In this document: positions 18,150-26,084 of the stretch, one piece after another
How positions within the stretch are numbered: the stretch's first letter is position 1
Layout of the letters: each line of letters begins with the position of its first letter
NCBI GenBank assembly: GCA_016875435.1
Contig: VGRE01000002.1
Location: 1 to 48,663 of the forward strand
DNA from: Deltaproteobacteria bacterium
Lineage (GTDB): Bacteria > Myxococcota_A > UBA796 > SXON01
Direction: 5' to 3'
Length of the DNA: 48,663 nucleotides
The notes under the pieces: model-generated
Told to the model about the DNA's origin: nothing
The model's database searches: none
The model's input: only the letters and a program-made list of their open reading frames with translations
Program-made: the position numbers and the translations under genes

Positions 18150-19148
18150 TTGCCGCCGGTGCGAATCGGCGTGGTCATCTCGGCAGCAGGGGCGGTGCAG
18201 CCCACGCACACGACCATCCACCTGATCGCTGCCGCGCGCGAGGCGGGCTGGACGGTTCGGGTGGTGGAACCCACCGACTTCGACATCGACGAGCGCGGTC
18301 GCGTACAGCTCCGCGCCTTCGGGCTCGACCAGGTTCCGCCCGATCGTGACGTGATCGTGTCCCGCTTGCGGGCCCGCGACCTCGAGCGGCGCCGGCTCGA
18401 GGCCGCCGCGCTCGACGTGCTGGTGCTACGGGTCAACCCGCTCGACACCGCGGTCCTCGCCATGGCCCAGCTGGTCGCGGCCACCGGCGTTGCCGTCGTC
18501 AACGACCCAGCCGCGCTGGTCCGGACCACCCACAAGTCCTGGCTCGCGGCGCTCCCCCCAGATGTGCCGCGGCCGCTGGGGATCGTCACCCGCTCGCGTG
18601 CGGCGGCCGAGCGCTTCGCGTCGGGCGTTTCCGGGGGACTGGTGCTCAAGCCGGCCCGGTCCTGCGGGGGCCGGGGCGTCCAACTCCTGCGCGGCCGGGC
18701 AGCCCGCCGGGGACTCGAGGGCGCGTTCGCCGCCGCCGGCGAGGCGGGCGACGGCTACGTGGTGGTGCAAGTCTACTTGCCGGAGGCGTCGCTCGGCGAA
18801 AAGCGCCTCTTGTGGCTCGATGGCGAGCTCGTGGGGGGCTACCTGCGTCGCCGGGCCCCGGGCGAGTTCCGTCACAACTTGAAACATGGCGCCGAGCCCG
18901 CGCCCTGCGAGGTGACCCGCGCCGAGCACGCCGCGGTCGCCGCGCTCACGCCGCACTTGCTCCGAGAGCGAATCTGGCTGGCGGGCATCGACATGATCGG
19001 CGGGCGGATCGTTGAGGTCAACGTGTTGAATCCCGGCGGTGCGCACTTTACGAGCGCCTTCAGCGGGCGCGACGTGGGAACGAGGCTGGTAGAGAGTCTC
19101 GCCCGGCGCGCCCACGCTGCCACGCCCATCGAGGTGCCCGCGAAATGA
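18150..19148 (+). CDS. gshB: glutathione synthetase-like ATP-grasp enzyme
   Basis: 332-aa ORF (TTG at 18150; GTG at 18159 is an alternative). GshB-type N-domain (HLIAAAREAGWTVRVVEP). ATP-grasp C-domain (LVLKPARSCGGRGV, EKRLLWLDGEL, FRHNLKHGA, GIDMIGGRIVEVNVLNPGG). Confidence 0.7.
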   Translation: MPPVRIGVVISAAGAVQPTHTTIHLIAAAREAGWTVRVVEPTDFDIDERGRVQLRAFGLDQVPPDRDVIVSRLRARDLERRRLEAAALDVLVLRVNPLDTAVLAMAQLVAATGVAVVNDPAALVRTTHKSWLAALPPDVPRPLGIVTRSRAAAERFASGVSGGLVLKPARSCGGRGVQLLRGRAARRGLEGAFAAAGEAGDGYVVVQVYLPEASLGEKRLLWLDGELVGGYLRRRAPGEFRHNLKHGAEPAPCEVTRAEHAAVAALTPHLLRERIWLAGIDMIGGRIVEVNVLNPGGAHFTSAFSGRDVGTRLVESLARRAHAATPIEVPAK

Positions 19149-19612
19149 CTAGGAAGAAGAAGGACGATACCGCCGACGAGTTCGACCGTGAAGACTTCGC
19201 CGAGCTACGCACGCTCACCCGGAAGCAGGTGCTCGACATGCTCCGCCGGGGTGAGACGCTGGAAGACGCCGACCTCCGCGGGCTCGACCTCTCTGGCATC
19301 ACCTTCGACGGTGCCAACCTGACCAATGCAAAGCTCGGGGAAACCAACTTGCAGCGAGCCTCGTTCCGGGGCGCGACGCTGGTGGGAGCTAGCTTCTGGA
19401 ACGCCAACCTGCGGGAAGCTAGCTTCGACGGGGCGAATCTCGAGGAGGCCGACTTCGACTACTGCAACCTCGACGGCGTGAGCTTCAAGGATGCGAAGGT
19501 AAAAAAGGCGATCTTCCCGGTGAAACGATTGTCGTTCGAGCACGTGAAGCGTTCGGTACGCACCGGAGAGCGCGTTCGCATGGAGCCGATTCGGCACGAA
19601 GACGAAGATTGA
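19145..19612 (+). CDS. pentapeptide-repeat protein
   Basis: The ATG at 19145 overlaps the gshB-like TGA (ATGA). Tandem pentapeptides: ADLRGLDLSGITFDGANLTNAKLGETNLQRASFRGATLVGASFWNANLREASFDGANLEEADF. Confidence 0.88.
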   Translation: MTRKKKDDTADEFDREDFAELRTLTRKQVLDMLRRGETLEDADLRGLDLSGITFDGANLTNAKLGETNLQRASFRGATLVGASFWNANLREASFDGANLEEADFDYCNLDGVSFKDAKVKKAIFPVKRLSFEHVKRSVRTGERVRMEPIRHEDED

Positions 19613-19613
19613 C

Positions 19614-19639
19614 GGAACCGTGGCGCGCGGGGGATTGTC
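19614..19639 (+). promoter_or_regulatory. candidate ECF-type autoregulated promoter (GGAAC-N18-GTC)
   Basis: GGAAC at 19614-19618 and GTC at 19637-19639, about 20 nt upstream of the ECF sigma start. The spacing is slightly longer than typical for ECF promoters. Confidence 0.3.
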
Positions 19640-19660
19640 GGGCCAGTAGGCTCATCACGC

Positions 19661-20317
19661 GTGGACATCCTCTTCGCCGCCCTGGGCTTCCGCTCGGCCG
19701 CCGCGCTGCGGCTCGGGGCTAGCTCCACGGACAGCGAGCTCGTGTCGCGGTTCGTCGCGGGCGAGCGTGCCGCCTTCGACGAGATCGTCGTTCGATACCA
19801 GTCTCGCATCTACTCGCTCTGCCTGCGGTGGCTGGGCGACCCCGAGGTGGCCGAGGAAACCGCCCAGGACGTCTTCGTGGCCGCCTTCAGGGCGCTAGGG
19901 GCGTTCCGAGGCGAGAGCAGCTTCTCCACCTGGATTTTCCGCATCGCCGTCAACCACTGCCGGAACGTGCGCCTCCATCGAAACCGGCGCGGCTACGGTC
20001 GCCACGAGGCCATCCACGCGCCGCGCGGCGACGACGAGGAGCTCCCGGCGCGGCAAGTGGCCGACGAGGCCGACCCAGGCGCCGACCGGGGTGTTCACCA
20101 GCGCGAGGCCGGCTCGCTGGTGCAGGCGGCGCTCGCCGAGCTCGAGGATGAGCACCGGCAGGTGCTCATCCTCCGCGATGTCGAAGATCTCGCCTACGAA
20201 GAAATTGCGGAGATCCTCGACTTGCCGCGAGGAACGGTGAAGAGCCGGATCCACCGGGCCCGGGTTGAACTTGCCAACCGGCTCGCGCGGCGGGTACGCG
20301 CCGCAGACGTGCTCTGA
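19661..20317 (+). CDS. ECF (RpoE-like) sigma-70 family sigma factor
   Basis: GTG at 19661 (start uncertain). Region 2: IYSLCLRWLGDPEVAEETAQDVFVAAFRAL..STWIFRIAVNHCRN. Region 4: LILRDVEDLAYEEIAEILDLPRGTVKSRIHRAR. Confidence 0.9.
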   Translation: MDILFAALGFRSAAALRLGASSTDSELVSRFVAGERAAFDEIVVRYQSRIYSLCLRWLGDPEVAEETAQDVFVAAFRALGAFRGESSFSTWIFRIAVNHCRNVRLHRNRRGYGRHEAIHAPRGDDEELPARQVADEADPGADRGVHQREAGSLVQAALAELEDEHRQVLILRDVEDLAYEEIAEILDLPRGTVKSRIHRARVELANRLARRVRAADVL

Positions 20318-21306
20318 TGGACACCTTCTTCGCCCGCAACCGCCTGAGCGCCTACCTCGACGGTGACCTGAGCGCGGCCGAGGCCCGTGAGGTCGAGGCC
20401 GCGATTGCTCGCGACGCTGGCCTGCGCGCCGAGATCGAGCAGATGCGCGCGGCGATCGAGCTCCTCCGCGCCGAGGGGCTCGTGAGTGCCCCGGTGGGCT
20501 TCGCCGCGCGTGTCCGCGAACGCGTGGACGACGAGCCCATGCGCGTGGGCTGGCGCCTGTGGGTCACGCAGATCCGTCCCGAGGCGGTGATGCTCGCCGC
20601 TGCCGCCTTGCTGGTGGTGGTGTACGTCGGACACAGGCGCGAACACCCGCCCGCGACCATCCCCAGCAGCGAGGCGGTGGCTACCGGCGGTGCCCTCGGT
20701 GGCGACGAGGGGGGGGTCGACGGGAACCAGTCGCCGGCGCCGCCGGCCGAGGTCCAGGCCGCGACGCCGCCCGTCGACACGACCGAGGCCGTGGCGAGCG
20801 GCTCGACGAGGTTGAACGATGGCGTGCTTGGCAACGAGATGCCGCGGGCCCAGGCGGAGGCTCCGCAGTCGCAGTCGCTCGCGGAACGCCTGCCGAAGCG
20901 CAGGGCGTCGGCAGGGGGGGTGCCCGTCGAGCCCTGGCAGCCGGACTGGGAGAAGGAGGCCGTGGAGCCAGCACCCGAGGACATGCCCGGCGAGATCAGC
21001 TTCTACGCTCCGGCGCCCTTCCGCTACCGGGTGGCGGCACGCGACGGGCGCGCGCTGAAGACGCTCGCCGCGATTGCCGCCGAGCTCGGGGGTGAACTGC
21101 AGGATTCGCGCGGGCGCCCCGTGGCGGCGTGGAGCCTCGAGGAGGGAGACTCCCGCTCGGTGCGCGTCGCGGTGCCGGCGTACAACGCGGCCGCTCTCGC
21201 GGCGCGCCTTCGCGAGGTGGGCGAGGTCGAGACCATCGTCCAGAAGGACACGCTCCTCGCCGATCCCAACGCCGACGTGCCGGTGCAGGTGGAACTGCTC
21301 TACTGA
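20317..21306 (+). CDS. membrane anti-sigma factor (non-zinc type) with a periplasmic C-terminal domain
   Basis: TGATG coupling to the sigma gene. N-terminus has RNRLSAYLDGDLSAAEAREVEAAIARD (anti-sigma helix without H/C ligands). One TM (VMLAAAALLVVVYVG). Confidence 0.75.
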   Translation: MDTFFARNRLSAYLDGDLSAAEAREVEAAIARDAGLRAEIEQMRAAIELLRAEGLVSAPVGFAARVRERVDDEPMRVGWRLWVTQIRPEAVMLAAAALLVVVYVGHRREHPPATIPSSEAVATGGALGGDEGGVDGNQSPAPPAEVQAATPPVDTTEAVASGSTRLNDGVLGNEMPRAQAEAPQSQSLAERLPKRRASAGGVPVEPWQPDWEKEAVEPAPEDMPGEISFYAPAPFRYRVAARDGRALKTLAAIAAELGGELQDSRGRPVAAWSLEEGDSRSVRVAVPAYNAAALAARLREVGEVETIVQKDTLLADPNADVPVQVELLY

Positions 21307-22094
21307 AGCGGCGGCGTGACGGCGGGCGCGCTGGTCGACAGCGGCGTGGTGGAGATCGCCGGTGCCGCCTTGGCGGGCGCTTCCTGCCCAGCCCACCAGT
21401 GCGTGCCGATCCAGCCCACGAGCCAGCCCTCCAGCGCCGGCTCGGCGCTGAACATCTTCATCCCCCGGCCACCCGTCTCGAGCAGCCGGAACTCGTGGGG
21501 CCCCTGCGCGGATCCATCCAGGATAGCGGCTGACTTTGCGCCATACGTGTCGTCGCTTGCGGCGACGATGAGCAGGGTGCGGCCCCCGTAGCGCTTCACC
21601 GCGTCGGAGGTGATCACGCCCTTGTAGTCGAGACCGGGCGAGAGCATCGCCACGATCGACACCGAGCCCTCGTCCAGCGCGGCATTGATGCCCAGGTTGG
21701 CGCCCAGCTCGGCGCCGACGACAGCGACGCGCGTGATCTTCTCGGCCTCCAGGCGGTCGATAGCGGCGCGCACGTCGCCCACCATGGCGGCGTAGTCGGC
21801 CGGGACGGGCGGGCTCTGGGCGAGTGGGGCGGAGGCGCCGTGGCCGCGAAGGTCGACGGAGATGACCGCCACGCCGTTGCCGTAGAGCTTGTCGGCGATC
21901 GACAGCCAGTCTTCCTTGTTGCGCCCACCCTGGTGCACCAGGACGACCCCGTACTTCGCGGCCTTCGGGATGCCGAGACTCGCCGCGAGCACGTGGCCGT
22001 CGGCGCTCTGCAGGCTGACGTTGCTGAAGGTCGGCTTGCTGGGTGCACCCGCGAGGGCGACAGAGGCCAGGAGGGCAAACACGCTCGGCATCAA
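21300..22094 (-). CDS. secreted alpha/beta hydrolase (dienelactone-hydrolase-like)
   Basis: 264-aa ORF with a signal peptide (MMPSVFALLASVALAGA). Motifs VVLVHQGGRNKEDW and VISVDLRGHGAS. Confidence 0.7.
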   Translation of the reverse strand: MMPSVFALLASVALAGAPSKPTFSNVSLQSADGHVLAASLGIPKAAKYGVVLVHQGGRNKEDWLSIADKLYGNGVAVISVDLRGHGASAPLAQSPPVPADYAAMVGDVRAAIDRLEAEKITRVAVVGAELGANLGINAALDEGSVSIVAMLSPGLDYKGVITSDAVKRYGGRTLLIVAASDDTYGAKSAAILDGSAQGPHEFRLLETGGRGMKMFSAEPALEGWLVGWIGTHWWAGQEAPAKAAPAISTTPLSTSAPAVTPPLQ

Positions 22095-22465
22095 CTCTCC
22101 AACGCGCGGAGGGTAGCAAGAAGTTCATCGAGGTCGAGGCCCTCGACCATCGCGGCCTCGGCGATCGTCTCGTCTGCGCCCACCGCGCATGACGGGCAAT
22201 GCGGCAGCCCGCGCGCGGCGAAAATGCCCTGGACGCGTGCGTCCCGCGCGTGTGCGGCGTGCACCGTCATCTCGCCCCGGAAGGGACCCGGGTCGAGGCG
22301 CGCGCGGGCGGCAACGAGGCGGTCGTCGAGTTGATCGACGGCGGCACGGAGCCGCGCGGTCTCATCGACCAGCGCGCGGGAGCCGTGGGGCAGGAGCAGC
22401 GCGACCACGCGGCTCGCGACCCACTCGCGTCCCTGCCCTGCCCACCTGCTCGCGCTGGCGCTCAT
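22091..22465 (-). CDS. DUF1858-like (hybrid-cluster-protein-associated redox disulfide) domain protein
   Basis: The C-terminal 60 aa (GLPHCPSCAVGADETIAEAAMVEGLDLDELLATL) match the CxxC..ETIEEAA..GIDxxELL pattern of DUF1858. The N-terminal 60 aa are unassigned. Confidence 0.55.
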   Translation of the reverse strand: MSASASRWAGQGREWVASRVVALLLPHGSRALVDETARLRAAVDQLDDRLVAARARLDPGPFRGEMTVHAAHARDARVQGIFAARGLPHCPSCAVGADETIAEAAMVEGLDLDELLATLRALES

Positions 22466-22495
22466 GGCGCGCTCCTATCGTGGGTCTCGCGGCGG

Positions 22496-22524
22496 TTGAC
22501 GTCGCCGCGGCACGGTCATAGTAC
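22496..22524 (+). promoter_or_regulatory. candidate sigma70-type promoter upstream of tadA/tRNA-Ser
   Basis: TTGACG (22496-22501), 17 nt spacer, TAGTAC (22519-22524), in the divergent intergenic region. Confidence 0.3.
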
Positions 22525-22562
22525 GATGCTGGCCGTGGGGGTGTCGTGCCGCCCGGTGCTCT

Positions 22563-23045
22563 TTGACGTCAACCCAAGATCCTGCTGAGATCGACGTGTC
22601 CTGGATGCGTCGGGCGCTGGAGCTAGCGGCCGAGGCCGCACGTGCGGGTGAGGCGCCCATCGGCGCGGTCGTCGTTGCCGAGGGCCGCGAGATTGCCGCG
22701 GCGCGGAACACCCGCGAGCGCGATTTCGACCCTTGCGGTCACGCGGAGCTACTCGCCATCCGCGCCGCCGCCCGCGCCCGACGCGACTGGAGACTCTCCG
22801 GTTGCACGCTCTACGTCAGCCTCGAGCCCTGCGCGATGTGCGCGGGCGCAATCGTCCTCGCGCGTGTGCCCCGCTTGGTCTACGCGGCGCCCGATCCGAA
22901 GGGCGGCTTTTGCGGCACGCTCGGCGACCTCAGCCGCCACCCCGGCCTCAACCACCACTTCGAAGTGGTGCCGGGTGTGCTGAGGGAGGAGTCGGCAGCG
23001 ATGCTGCGCGAGTTCTTCCGTCGGCTCAGAACGAAGGATCGCTAG
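22563..23045 (+). CDS. tadA: tRNA adenosine(34) deaminase
   Basis: CDA-fold motifs CGHAELLAI and LEPCAMCAGAI. TTG at 22563 (GTG at 22596 possible). Confidence 0.9.
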   Translation: MTSTQDPAEIDVSWMRRALELAAEAARAGEAPIGAVVVAEGREIAAARNTRERDFDPCGHAELLAIRAAARARRDWRLSGCTLYVSLEPCAMCAGAIVLARVPRLVYAAPDPKGGFCGTLGDLSRHPGLNHHFEVVPGVLREESAAMLREFFRRLRTKDR

Positions 23046-23053
23046 ACTTTTCC

Positions 23054-23142
23054 GGAGAGGTGGCCGAGTGGTTGAAGGCGATAGACTCGAAATCTATTTT
23101 AGGGCTTCCCTAACGTGGGTTCGAATCCCACCCTCTCCGCCA
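23054..23142 (+). tRNA. tRNA-Ser (anticodon CGA), CCA encoded
   Basis: Acceptor GGAGAGG/CCTCTCC. Anticodon stem ATAGA/TCTAT with loop CTCGAAA. Long variable arm. T-arm GTGGG-TTCGAAT-CCCAC. Discriminator G plus CCA. Confidence 0.93.
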
Positions 23143-23151
23143 TTGTTGTGA

Positions 23152-23239
23152 GGACAGGTGACCGAGTGGTCGAAGGTGCACGACTGGAAATCGTGTGTAC
23201 CGCAAGGTACCGCGGGTTCGAATCCCGCCCTGTCCGCCA
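23152..23239 (+). tRNA. tRNA-Ser (anticodon GGA), CCA encoded
   Basis: Acceptor GGACAGG/CCTGTCC. Anticodon stem CACGA/TCGTG with loop CTGGAAA. Long variable arm. T-arm GCGGG-TTCGAAT-CCCGC. Confidence 0.93.
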
Positions 23240-23260
23240 TCCCGACTCCACGTGCATGTC

Positions 23261-23391
23261 GCGCGCGGCGGTGATGGTCGGGTCCCATGACTCCAGTCCC
23301 GTGAACCCCGCCAGGACCGAGAGGTAGCAACGGCAGCGTGGGCTGGGGGGTGTGGGGTGCCCGGCCATCACCCCCGCGCGCGATCCACTTT
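23261..23391 (+). ncRNA. ffs: small (4.5S-type) signal recognition particle RNA
   Basis: Domain IV motif CCAGGACC-GAGA-GGUAGCAACGG (compare E. coli CAGGUCC-GGAA-GGAAGCAGC). A long closing helix pairs GCGCGCGGCGGTGATGGTCGGG (23261-) with CCCGGCCATCACCCCCGCGCGC (-23391). It sits between tRNA-Ser and dnaX. Exact ends are uncertain. Confidence 0.75.
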
Positions 23392-23407
23392 CCGGCTATG
23401 GATTCTC

Positions 23408-24637
23408 ATGTCCGAAGGCTACCTCGCCATCGCGCGCAAGTGGCGCCCGCTCACGCTCGAGGAGATCGCGGGCCAGTCGCACGTCACACGCACGCTGGGC
23501 AACGCCCTGAAGTCCGGGCGAATCCACCATGCCTTCCTCTTCACCGGGGCCCGCGGCGTGGGCAAGACCACCGCCGCCCGTGCCTTCGCGCGCTCGCTCA
23601 ACTGCGCGCGGGGCCCGTCGCTTGCGCCCTGCGGCGAGTGCGGCCCCTGCCGGGAGATCCCCCTCGGCAACTGCACGGATGTCATCGAGATCGACGCCGC
23701 GTCCAACAACTCGGTCAACGACGTGCGCGAGCTGCGTGACGGCGTGCGCTACGTGCCGAGCGTCGCTCGCTTCAAGGTCTACATCATCGACGAGGTGCAC
23801 ATGCTCTCCACGAGCGCGTTCAACGCGCTCCTGAAGACGCTGGAGGAGCCCCCTCCCCACGTGAAGTTCATCTTCGCCACGACCGAGGTGCAGAAGATTC
23901 CGGAGACGATCCTCAGCCGCGTGCAGCGTTTCGACTTCAAGCGCATCCCCCAGGCGGTGGTGGTGGAGCGGCTGCGGCTCATCTGCGAGGCCGAGAAGGT
24001 TAATGTCAGCGACACCGCGCTGCGCATGGTCGCCCGCGCGGGCGAGGGCTCGATGCGCGACAGCCAGAGCCTGCTGGACCAGGTGATCAGCTTCGGCGGC
24101 GACCGCCCGACAGACCAGGCGGTGGCCGACATCCTGGGGCTTGTCGATCGCCAGGTGCTGCACGACATGCTCGGCGGCGTGCTCAAGGGCGACGCCCCGC
24201 AGTGCCTCGACGCGATCGCGGCCGTCTACGACGGCGGCTACGAGATCGCGCAGTTCACCGGGGAGTTGCTCGAGTTGATCCACGACGCGGCGCTGGTGTC
24301 GATGGCGCCCCGGGCCCACAAGCACATGGACATCCCCGTGGAGGAGAGGGAGCGCCTTGCCGAGTTGGCCAGGGGCTTGCCGCCGGAGCAACTCGCCCGC
24401 ACCTTCCACGTGCTGCTCGAGGTGCATGACCAGGTGGCGCGCTCGGCGCGCCCCCGCGCCGTGCTGGAGATGGCAGTCGCGCGGCTCGTTTCCATCCGCC
24501 CCGCCGAGCCCCTTGGCGGCCTCGTCGACCGGCTGGCCGAGCTCGAGCGCCGACTCCGCGGCACGCCGCTGGCTCCCGTGGCACGGGCGCAGGCGCGCGA
24601 GCCCCAGAGCTCCCCGGAGGACGAGAGGCGAGGGTAA
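23408..24637 (+). CDS. dnaX: DNA polymerase III subunit gamma/tau, domains I-III (frame ends at TAA 24635-24637)
   Basis: ATG at 23408. Motifs KWRPLTLEEIAGQSHV, Walker A GARGVGKTT, zinc module CGECGPC, DEVHML, SRVQRF. The C-terminal tau region continues in another frame (next feature). Confidence 0.9.
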   Translation: MSEGYLAIARKWRPLTLEEIAGQSHVTRTLGNALKSGRIHHAFLFTGARGVGKTTAARAFARSLNCARGPSLAPCGECGPCREIPLGNCTDVIEIDAASNNSVNDVRELRDGVRYVPSVARFKVYIIDEVHMLSTSAFNALLKTLEEPPPHVKFIFATTEVQKIPETILSRVQRFDFKRIPQAVVVERLRLICEAEKVNVSDTALRMVARAGEGSMRDSQSLLDQVISFGGDRPTDQAVADILGLVDRQVLHDMLGGVLKGDAPQCLDAIAAVYDGGYEIAQFTGELLELIHDAALVSMAPRAHKHMDIPVEERERLAELARGLPPEQLARTFHVLLEVHDQVARSARPRAVLEMAVARLVSIRPAEPLGGLVDRLAELERRLRGTPLAPVARAQAREPQSSPEDERRG

Positions 24638-24651
24638 AGTTTCCTCCTGGC

Positions 24652-25182
24652 TTGCCCGCCGACCTCGCACCGGCGCCGCTGGCGCAGGCGGAGATCCCCG
24701 CCCCGCCGCCCGTGGCCAGCGCGCCGCCACCGCTGCCCGAGGGCGTCACCGCCGAGCGCGCCTACGAGCGCCTCCTGGCGCGCCTCGACGAGGCCGCCCG
24801 CCTCTCGGTCCGCGACGTTTCGTTCGCGATCGGCCTTGAAGCTGGCACGCTGCGGGTGGGCGTGCGGAAGCCGATGTGGCGCGACCTGGTGCGCGACACC
24901 CTCGGTCGCCTCGACCTCGCCGCGCTGGTCTCGGGACTGCGGCGGGTGGAAGTGGTGATCGACGACGTGCTCGGGCGAACTGGGCGCGAGGCGCGCTCGG
25001 ATGCCGATCTCGGTCGACGGGCCGCCGCGCGCGAGGCGGCGGGCCGTTCCGAGGCGGTCAAGCGGCTGCTGGCCGCCTTCGACGCCGAGATCGAGGACAT
25101 CGAGCCCACGGGCAAAGAGCCGCCTGTGTTCGCGCACGCCGACCCGGAGGTGCACGACGACGAGGGCGCGGCACGGAGTTAG
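24652..25182 (+). CDS. dnaX: DnaX tau-specific C-terminal region, in the -1 frame relative to dnaX (frameshifted or split gene)
   Basis: GC3-rich frame, open from 24430. A Pro-rich linker (APAPLAQAEIPAPPPVASAPPPLP) is followed by a conserved-looking tail (..AVKRLLAAFDAEIEDIEP) that resembles tau C-termini. No ATG; the first candidate start is TTG at 24652. Confidence 0.6.
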   Translation: MPADLAPAPLAQAEIPAPPPVASAPPPLPEGVTAERAYERLLARLDEAARLSVRDVSFAIGLEAGTLRVGVRKPMWRDLVRDTLGRLDLAALVSGLRRVEVVIDDVLGRTGREARSDADLGRRAAAREAAGRSEAVKRLLAAFDAEIEDIEPTGKEPPVFAHADPEVHDDEGAARS

Positions 25183-25203
25183 CGCTGGGGCCAGGGAGGT
25201 TCG

Positions 25204-25503
25204 ATGGACCCGTTTGCAATGGGCGGCATCCAGGCGCAGCTCAAGGCGGTACAGGACGAGGCCGCGCGAACGGAGGTCGAGGGCACCGCCGGGAGCGGAC
25301 TCGTGGTGGTGCGCATGAATGGCGCGCAAGACGTTCTCGCCGTTCGCATCGACCCGAGGGCCATCGCGGATCGAGAGTTGTGCGAGGACCTGGTCCGCGC
25401 CGCGACCAACGACGCGGTGCGGCGCTCGCGCGAGGCGCAGGCCGAGGCGATGCGAAACTTCGCGGCTCGGCTCGGCCTTCCACCCGGCTTGCTCGGCCTC
25501 TGA
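25204..25503 (+). CDS. ybaB: YbaB/EbfC nucleoid-associated protein
   Basis: 99-aa ORF in the dnaX-ybaB-recR context. Motif GSGLVVVRMNGAQDVLAVRIDPRA..DLVRAATNDA. Confidence 0.9.
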   Translation: MDPFAMGGIQAQLKAVQDEAARTEVEGTAGSGLVVVRMNGAQDVLAVRIDPRAIADRELCEDLVRAATNDAVRRSREAQAEAMRNFAARLGLPPGLLGL

Positions 25504-26084
25504 TGGACCCCTTCCGCCGCGCGGTGCAGCAACTGGCTCGCCTGCCCGGCGTGGGGGAGCGCACTGCGACTCGCTACGCGTACTGGCTGCTGCGGCAGTC
25601 CCCGGAGGTGTCCACGCAGCTTGCCGACGCGATCGTCAACCTGCGCACCGGCATCCGCGAGTGCGAGACCTGCTGCGATCTCTCGCCCTTGTCCCCGTGC
25701 CCTCGGTGCGCCGACGGCCATCGCGACCCCTCCCTGGTGTGCGTGGTCGAGCGACCCCAGGACGTCGGCGCCATCGACGCCGCCGGCGAGTTCCGCGGAC
25801 GCTTCCATGTCCTGCACGGGGCGCTCTCTCCGCTCGACGGTGTTGGTGCCGACCAGCTCCGCCTCCGCGAGCTGGTGGCCCGGGCGACGGGCCTGCGGGA
25901 GGTGATCCTCGCCACCGATCCCGACGTCGAGGGCGACACCACCGCGCTCTACGTGGCGAAGCTGCTCGGCCCGCTCGGGGTCAAGGTCACGCGCCTCGCG
26001 CACGGGCTCGCGGTGGGCACGGCGATCGAGTTTGCCGACCGGGCCTCGCTGGCCCGCGCGCTCCAGGGCCGCCTCCCGCTCTAG
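25503..26084 (+). CDS. recR: recombination protein RecR
   Basis: The ATG at 25503 overlaps the ybaB TGA. HhH LPGVGERTATR. C4 finger CETCCDLSPLSPCPRC. Toprim ILATDPDVEGDTTALY. Confidence 0.93.
   Translation: MDPFRRAVQQLARLPGVGERTATRYAYWLLRQSPEVSTQLADAIVNLRTGIRECETCCDLSPLSPCPRCADGHRDPSLVCVVERPQDVGAIDAAGEFRGRFHVLHGALSPLDGVGADQLRLRELVARATGLREVILATDPDVEGDTTALYVAKLLGPLGVKVTRLAHGLAVGTAIEFADRASLARALQGRLPL

Noticed and set aside
24632-24645. Possible prfB-style +1 frameshift at GGG TAA A at the end of dnaX
   Set aside because: The +1 frame (24357..24839 ORF) translates to an R/G/A-rich sequence with poor codon bias. The tau-like C-terminus is in the -1 frame instead.
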